Positions 30,789 to 35,483 of a stretch of DNA of 35,483 bases are shown piece by piece. The translations under genes and the position numbers were made by a program. The stretch spans positions 1 to 35,483 of the forward strand of contig JAUVWK010000001.1 of assembly GCA_030604165.1 (NCBI GenBank). The letters are read 5' to 3'. The stretch comes from Alphaproteobacteria bacterium. GTDB lineage: Bacteria; Pseudomonadota; Alphaproteobacteria; UBA828. Each line of letters begins with the position of its first letter. Within the stretch, counting starts at the first letter, position 1. The notes beneath the pieces were generated by a model, which was given only the letters and a program-made list of their open reading frames with translations, was not told the origin of the DNA and did no database searches.

Positions 30789-31877
30789 ATGGCCTTGCCA
30801 GAGTTCACGATGCGCCAGCTGCTTGAGGCTGGCGTGCATTTCGGTCATCAGACGCGACGCTGGAACCCCAAGATGGCACCCTATCTGTTTGGGGTGCGCA
30901 ACGGCGTGCATATCATCGACCTCGAGCAGACGGTTCCCCTGCTGCACCAGGCACTGGTCTCTCTCCGGGACGTCGCCGCCGGTGGCGGGCGCGTGCTCTT
31001 CGTCGGCACCAAGCGCCAAGCAGCGGAGCCGATCGCCGAGGCCGCCAAGCGCTGCGGGCAGTATTACGTCAATCACCGCTGGCTCGGCGGCATGATGACC
31101 AATTGGAAGGCGATTTCCCAGTCGATCAAGACCTTGCTCGACCTGGAGCGCAAGCTCGCCGACGAGAACATCGGCTTGACCAAGAAGGAATTGCTCCGGC
31201 TGACGCGCCGTTGCAACAAACTCGAGCGGGCCCTTGGCGGCATCAAGGAGATGGGCGGCTTGCCCGATATTCTGGTCATGCTCGACACCAACAAGGAAGA
31301 GATCGCCGTTTTGGAGGCGCGCAAGCTGAATCTCCCGGTCGTGGCGGTCGTAGACAGCAATTGCGATCCCGATCCCATCGCGTACCCGATTCCGGGTAAT
31401 GACGACGCGATCCGGGCGATTAACCTGTACTGCGATTTGTTCGCGCGTGCCGTGCTCGATGGCCTGCAGCAGGAGATGGCGGCCACCGGGACCGATTTGG
31501 GCGAGGCGGAAGAAGTGCTCGAAGAGAATTTGCCCCCGGAACAGGAACCGCAGAAAGAGCAGAAACAGGAACCGCAGAAAGAAGAGGGACGAGTTCTCGA
31601 GACGACCACGGTCCCCGAGGCTGGCGCGGCTGCTCAGTCCGCGGCGACAGGCGAGTCCGGGGTTGGCGGTGAAGCCGCCGCCACCGAGGCCGCCGCCACC
31701 GAGGCCGCCGCCACCGAGGCCGCCGCCACCGAAGCCGCCACCACCGAGGCCGCCGCCACTGAGGCCGCCGCCACCGAGGCCGCCGCCACCGAGGCCACCG
31801 CCACCGAAACCGCCGCCACCGAAACCGCCGCGACTGAGGCCGCCGCCACCGAAACCGAGGGCGGCGACAAGGCCTAG
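30789..31877 (+). CDS. rpsB: 30S ribosomal protein S2 with a long acidic low-complexity C-terminal extension
   Basis: The core [29 protein letters not shown]...DSNCDPD matches S2. Start at the ATG at 30789, preceded by GGAGAAGGA. The core ends near residue 235 and about 125 further residues follow in the same ORF (362 aa in total). Confidence 0.95.
   Translation: MALPEFTMRQLLEAGVHFGHQTRRWNPKMAPYLFGVRNGVHIIDLEQTVPLLHQALVSLRDVAAGGGRVLFVGTKRQAAEPIAEAAKRCGQYYVNHRWLGGMMTNWKAISQSIKTLLDLERKLADENIGLTKKELLRLTRRCNKLERALGGIKEMGGLPDILVMLDTNKEEIAVLEARKLNLPVVAVVDSNCDPDPIAYPIPGNDDAIRAINLYCDLFARAVLDGLQQEMAATGTDLGEAEEVLEENLPPEQEPQKEQKQEPQKEEGRVLETTTVPEAGAAAQSAATGESGVGGEAAATEAAATEAAATEAAATEAATTEAAATEAAATEAAATEATATETAATETAATEAAATETEGGDKA
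31671..31850 (+). repeat. 12 tandem copies of a 15-bp unit (consensus GAGGCCGCCGCCACC) inside the rpsB 3' end
   Basis: Units were counted by hand from 31671 and differ by 0 to 3 nt. They encode (E-A-A-A-T)n. A partial 13th unit follows. An upstream 18-nt exact repeat (ACAGGAACCGCAGAAAGA at 31541-31558 and 31565-31582) encodes QEPQKE twice. Confidence 0.95.
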
Positions 31878-31968
31878 CGCGCGGACGGGGCCGAAGCGCG
31901 AGACGCGCCGTCCCCCACCGGAGCGACGTGGCGCCGGTCGTGGCGCCATCCTCGAGGAGAACGAAACC

Positions 31969-32895
31969 ATGGCTCAAATCACGGCGGCGCTGGTCAAGGA
32001 GCTGCGCGAAAAGACGGGCGCCGGCATGATGGATTGCAAGGCCGCGCTCACCGAGACCGGTGGCGAGGTCGAGACGGCGGTCGACTGGTTGCGGAAAAAG
32101 GGCTTCTCGGCGGCGGCCGAGAAGGCGGGTCGCGTCGCCGCCGAAGGCTTGGTCGGTCTCGCCACGGACGATCGCAGCGGTGCGCTGGTGGAAATCAACT
32201 CGGAAACCGATTTCGTCGCGCGCAACGAAACCTTTCAGGAGCATGTTCGGGAAATCGCCAGCCTCGCGCTCGCGTCCGGCGGCGACCTGAACAAGCTGCG
32301 CGCCGCGGCTTATCCGGGCGCGGGCCGCACGGTCGAGGAAGAGATTACCCACCTGGTGGCGACGATTGGGGAAAACATCAACCTGCGGCGCTGCGTTGCG
32401 CTGACAACCTCGAACGGCTTGATTGCCAGCTACATACACAGTGCCAGCGCCTCGAATCTGGGGCGGATCGGCGTGCTCGTCACGCTCGAGGGCGCGCCGC
32501 CGTCCGACCCGTTGCGCCAACTCGGCCATCAACTCGCCATGCATATCGCCGCCGCCAAGCCGCAGGCGGTGTCGCCCGCGGATCTCGATGCCACCCTCGT
32601 CGAGCGTGAGCGGGCGGTGCTAGCAGAGCAGGCGAAGGCCTCCGGAAAGCCGGACAACATCATCGAGAAGATGGTTGAGGGGCGCTTGCGGAAGTTCTAT
32701 CAGGAGATAGTATTGCTGGAGCAGACTTGGGTGATCGACGGTGAAACGAAGGTTGCCAAGGTGATCGAAGCGGTGGGGAAGGACGTGGGCGCGGCGGTGC
32801 AGGTCGGCGGGTTCGTGTGCTACGCGCTGGGCGAAGGCATCGAACGCAAAGACGAGGATTTCGCCGCGGAGGTAGCCGCGCAGCTCGGCTCATAG
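31969..32895 (+). CDS. tsf: Elongation factor Ts
   Basis: 308 aa from the ATG at 31969, with GAGGAGA upstream. N-terminus [27 protein letters not shown]. The track ORF start at 31399 is a read-through of the rpsB repeat in another frame. Confidence 0.97.
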   Translation: MAQITAALVKELREKTGAGMMDCKAALTETGGEVETAVDWLRKKGFSAAAEKAGRVAAEGLVGLATDDRSGALVEINSETDFVARNETFQEHVREIASLALASGGDLNKLRAAAYPGAGRTVEEEITHLVATIGENINLRRCVALTTSNGLIASYIHSASASNLGRIGVLVTLEGAPPSDPLRQLGHQLAMHIAAAKPQAVSPADLDATLVERERAVLAEQAKASGKPDNIIEKMVEGRLRKFYQEIVLLEQTWVIDGETKVAKVIEAVGKDVGAAVQVGGFVCYALGEGIERKDEDFAAEVAAQLGS

Positions 32896-33018
32896 ATTCC
32901 GCGACCGCAGGCACTGCAGGGCCGGAACCGAAACGCATTCCGCTCGGGCGATTCGGCTGATGGGCGCTTCGCGGTTCGCCGCGCAGGCCGAAATCGCGTA
33001 ACCGATACGAGAGTACAG

Positions 33019-33744
33019 ATGTCGCCAGCCCCTCGTTATCAGCGCGTTCTCCTCAAGATCTCGGGCGAAGCATTGATGGGGGACGAGCGCTACGGTATCG
33101 ACAACCAGACGGTTGATCGCATCGCCGGCGATCTTCGCGACGTTCGTGCGACAGGCGTTCAACTGTGCGCGGTGGTGGGCGGTGGAAACATATTTCGCGG
33201 CATTTCCGGGGCCACGGCGGGAATGGAACGGGCCAGCGCCGACTATATCGGCATGTTGGCGACAGTCATGAATGCGCTCGCCATGCAGCACGCTTTGGAG
33301 CGAATCGGGGTTCCGACCCGAGTCTTATCGGCGATTCCGATGGCGGCCATTTGCGAACCCTATGTCCGTCGGCGAGCGGTCCGTCATATGGAAAAAAATC
33401 GTGTGGTGATCTTCGCCGCCGGCACGGGCAATCCGTATTTCACCACCGATACCGCTGCCGCGTTGCGAGCCGCGGAAATGGGCTGCGACGCTTTGTTGAA
33501 AGGCACCAAGGTGGACGGGGTCTATTCGGCCGACCCGCAAACCGATGCCGAGGCCGAGCGCTATGAACGCCTTAGCTATTTGGATGTTCTGTCCCAAGAC
33601 CTTAAGGTCATGGATGCGGCGGCAATATCACTAGCGCGCGAAAATCACATCCCCATTGTGGTATTCTCGATCCGGCGGCCAGGTGGGCTCAGAAACGTGT
33701 TGGAAGGCAAGGGCCCGTTTACGATCATCGGCGAAAAGGATTGA
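33019..33744 (+). CDS. pyrH: UMP kinase
   Basis: 241 aa with [23 protein letters not shown] and [16 protein letters not shown] motifs. Confidence 0.97.
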   Translation: MSPAPRYQRVLLKISGEALMGDERYGIDNQTVDRIAGDLRDVRATGVQLCAVVGGGNIFRGISGATAGMERASADYIGMLATVMNALAMQHALERIGVPTRVLSAIPMAAICEPYVRRRAVRHMEKNRVVIFAAGTGNPYFTTDTAAALRAAEMGCDALLKGTKVDGVYSADPQTDAEAERYERLSYLDVLSQDLKVMDAAAISLARENHIPIVVFSIRRPGGLRNVLEGKGPFTIIGEKD

Positions 33745-33748
33745 TGCC

Positions 33749-34306
33749 GTGGCTGATCCGGATGTCGACGATTTGGAACGACGCATGAAGGGTGCGGTGG
33801 AGGTGCTCCGCCATGAGTTCGCCGGGTTGCGCACCGGGCGCGCCTCTGTCAGCCTGCTGGAGCCGATTGTCGTCTCGGCCTACGGTGCCGAGATGCCGCT
33901 CAACCAGGTGGCGACGATCGGCGTTCCGGAACCGCGCATGCTCAGCGTTCAGGTTTGGGACCGTGGCCAAGTCCAGGCTGTCGAGAAGGCGATCCAGAGT
34001 TCGGGGCTTGGGCTCAACCCGATCATCGAGGGGCAGACCCTGCGGATTCCGATTCCCGAACTAAACGAGGAGCGCCGGGCGGAGTTGGCGCGCGTGGCCG
34101 CCAAATATGCCGAACAGGCAAAGGTATCGGTGCGTAACGTGCGGCGCGCGGGCATGGATCAGCTCAAGAAAATGGAGAAATCCAGCGAGCTGAGCAAGGA
34201 CGATTCCCGGATTTGGTCTGACGAGATTCAGAAAATGACCGACGACACTATCAAGGTCATGATCGAAATGTACGAGGCCAAGGAAAAGGAGATCCTGCAG
34301 GTCTAA
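33749..34306 (+). CDS. frr: Ribosome recycling factor
   Basis: 185 aa from the GTG at 33749, with AAAAGGA 9 nt upstream. [26 protein letters not shown] motif. The length fits RRF. The track start at 33656 lies inside pyrH. Confidence 0.93.
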   Translation: MADPDVDDLERRMKGAVEVLRHEFAGLRTGRASVSLLEPIVVSAYGAEMPLNQVATIGVPEPRMLSVQVWDRGQVQAVEKAIQSSGLGLNPIIEGQTLRIPIPELNEERRAELARVAAKYAEQAKVSVRNVRRAGMDQLKKMEKSSELSKDDSRIWSDEIQKMTDDTIKVMIEMYEAKEKEILQV

Positions 34307-34310
34307 GGCT

Positions 34311-35045
34311 ATGGCACTTGCACCGTCATACGAGGCGCCGCCGGCCGTGCCGGTTCATGTCGCCATTATCATGGACGGCAACGGCCGGTGGGCGAAGGCG
34401 CGCGGCTTGCCGCGCATCGCCGGGCACAGGCAGGGTGCGGAGGCGGTGCGGGCCGCGGTTCGCAGTTGCGCCGACCTCGGCGTCTCCTATCTCACGATCT
34501 ACGCCTTTTCATCGGAGAATTGGAAGCGCCCGCCCGCCGAGGTGGACGATCTGATGGGTCTGTTGCGCCTTTATTTGCGGCGCGAGTTGGCGGCGCTCGA
34601 GCGCGACGGCGTGCGCATTCGGTTCATTGGCGATCGCTCGCGCCTCGCGCCCGACATCACTCGACTGATCACGGAATCGGAATCCAGCACCGCCGGCAAC
34701 GGCCAACTTACCCTGACGATCGCGCTCAATTACGGCGGGCGCTATGAAATTCTCGACGCCGTGCGGCGAATCGCCGCCGCGGCGCGGCGCGGCGAGTTCG
34801 AGCCCGACGACATAACCGAGCCGATCTTCGAGCAATATTTGCAAACCACGGACGTTCCGGATCCTGACCTCTTGATCCGAACCAGCGGCGAGCAACGGCT
34901 CAGCAATTTCCTGCTCTGGCAATCCGCCTACACCGAGTTGGTGTTCACGCCCACATTGTGGCCGGACTTCAAGCATCATCATCTCGAAGAAGCCATTCAC
35001 GAATACCAGCGCCGTGAACGACGCTACGGCGGAACCGGCGGGTAG
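34311..35045 (+). CDS. uppS: Undecaprenyl-diphosphate synthase (cis-prenyltransferase)
   Basis: 244 aa with [13 protein letters not shown] and [22 protein letters not shown] motifs. Confidence 0.96.
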   Translation: MALAPSYEAPPAVPVHVAIIMDGNGRWAKARGLPRIAGHRQGAEAVRAAVRSCADLGVSYLTIYAFSSENWKRPPAEVDDLMGLLRLYLRRELAALERDGVRIRFIGDRSRLAPDITRLITESESSTAGNGQLTLTIALNYGGRYEILDAVRRIAAAARRGEFEPDDITEPIFEQYLQTTDVPDPDLLIRTSGEQRLSNFLLWQSAYTELVFTPTLWPDFKHHHLEEAIHEYQRRERRYGGTGG

Positions 35046-35089
35046 CGGCCTTTCCCGCTTGCGTGCGAGCGGGCCGGAGCCGTTCGATC

Positions 35090-35483
35090 TTGAATGGCCC
35101 TAACTCAGCGCGCGGCTCGCTAGCCTTGCGGGTTGTCTCCGCTGTTGTCCTGGCGCCGGTCGCTCTCGGTCTCGCCTATCTTGGCGGCGTTGCATTCGTC
35201 ATCGTGGCGGGTGCGGTGGCCGCTCTCATGATAATCGAATGGCACCGACTGACGAACGGTTCACTTGTCGTCCCGGTCGCCCTGGTCGGTCTTTGTGCGA
35301 CCGGCGGCGCGCTTGCCTGCCTCACCCTGTTGGGTGCTTGGCCGGCGCTGGCCGTGGTGTGCGCCGGCGCCTTGGCGTCGGGCGCGGTCGCCAAGGCGGG
35401 CGGAGACCAGCCATGGTTCGCCGCGCTCGGATGCCTGATCGTTGGGCTCGCGCTCCTCGCCACCCTCTGGTTGCGCGCCGACG
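35090..35483 (+). CDS. cdsA: Phosphatidate cytidylyltransferase, 5' partial (runs off the window end)
   Basis: An open frame not listed in the track reads ...LRVVSAVVLAPVALGLAYLGGVAFVIVAGAVAALMIIEWHRL..., matching the usual CdsA N-terminus and the uppS-cdsA synteny. The start is uncertain: TTG at 35090 was chosen, and GTG at 35063 is also possible. Confidence 0.6.
   Translation, partial: MNGPNSARGSLALRVVSAVVLAPVALGLAYLGGVAFVIVAGAVAALMIIEWHRLTNGSLVVPVALVGLCATGGALACLTLLGAWPALAVVCAGALASGAVAKAGGDQPWFAALGCLIVGLALLATLWLRAD

Noticed and set aside
31671-31850. Possible CRISPR array, because of regularly spaced identical short repeats.
   Set aside because: The units are directly abutting 15-mers with no spacers, lie in frame inside rpsB, and no cas genes are present. 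This is a coding microsatellite-like tandem repeat.
31399-31968. Proline-rich N-terminal extension (PPPPRPPPP...) of the tsf ORF in the track, and the Gly-rich 421-aa antisense ORF at 30705-31970.
   Set aside because: Both are alternative-frame or antisense readings of the rpsB 15-bp tandem repeat. EF-Ts has a canonical start ([12 protein letters not shown]) at 31969 with its own RBS.

Overview
High-GC window that looks alphaproteobacterial and is almost entirely core housekeeping genes on the + strand. All calls come from motif recognition and synteny recalled from memory; no searches were run.

Gene order:
- A flavin-reductase-like gene and tRNA-Asp(GTC).
- The complete 14-gene NADH:quinone oxidoreductase operon, nuoA to nuoN, with nuoC and nuoD unfused.
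- birA (short form without an HTH), coaX, RNase J, methylmalonyl-CoA epimerase, a DUF1467 membrane protein and tag.
- A small accessory-looking slot: ino1 (myo-inositol-1-phosphate synthase, minus strand), a divergent class I SAM methyltransferase, and an orphan secreted protein.
- proS, a single lolC/E-type permease, lolD and a PNPOx-like flavoprotein (minus strand).
- dnaE, then rpsB-tsf-pyrH-frr-uppS and the 5' part of cdsA.

I see no transposase, integrase, CRISPR array, rRNA, toxin-antitoxin or recognisable defence genes, and no convincing multi-gene novel system.

Most unusual items:
1. The ino1/methyltransferase divergent pair. It shares a 390-bp control region that is AT-rich over 21181-21420, and no known downstream inositol-phosphate enzyme is encoded locally.
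2. A roughly 125-residue acidic C-terminal tail on ribosomal protein S2, built from 12 near-identical 15-bp tandem repeats.
3. A 24 to 30-bp GC-rich hairpin between the convergent tag and ino1 genes.
4. Several short tandem duplications and direct repeats at the nuo 5' end.

Many long ORFs in the six-frame track are antisense or out-of-frame artefacts of high GC content and were rejected.
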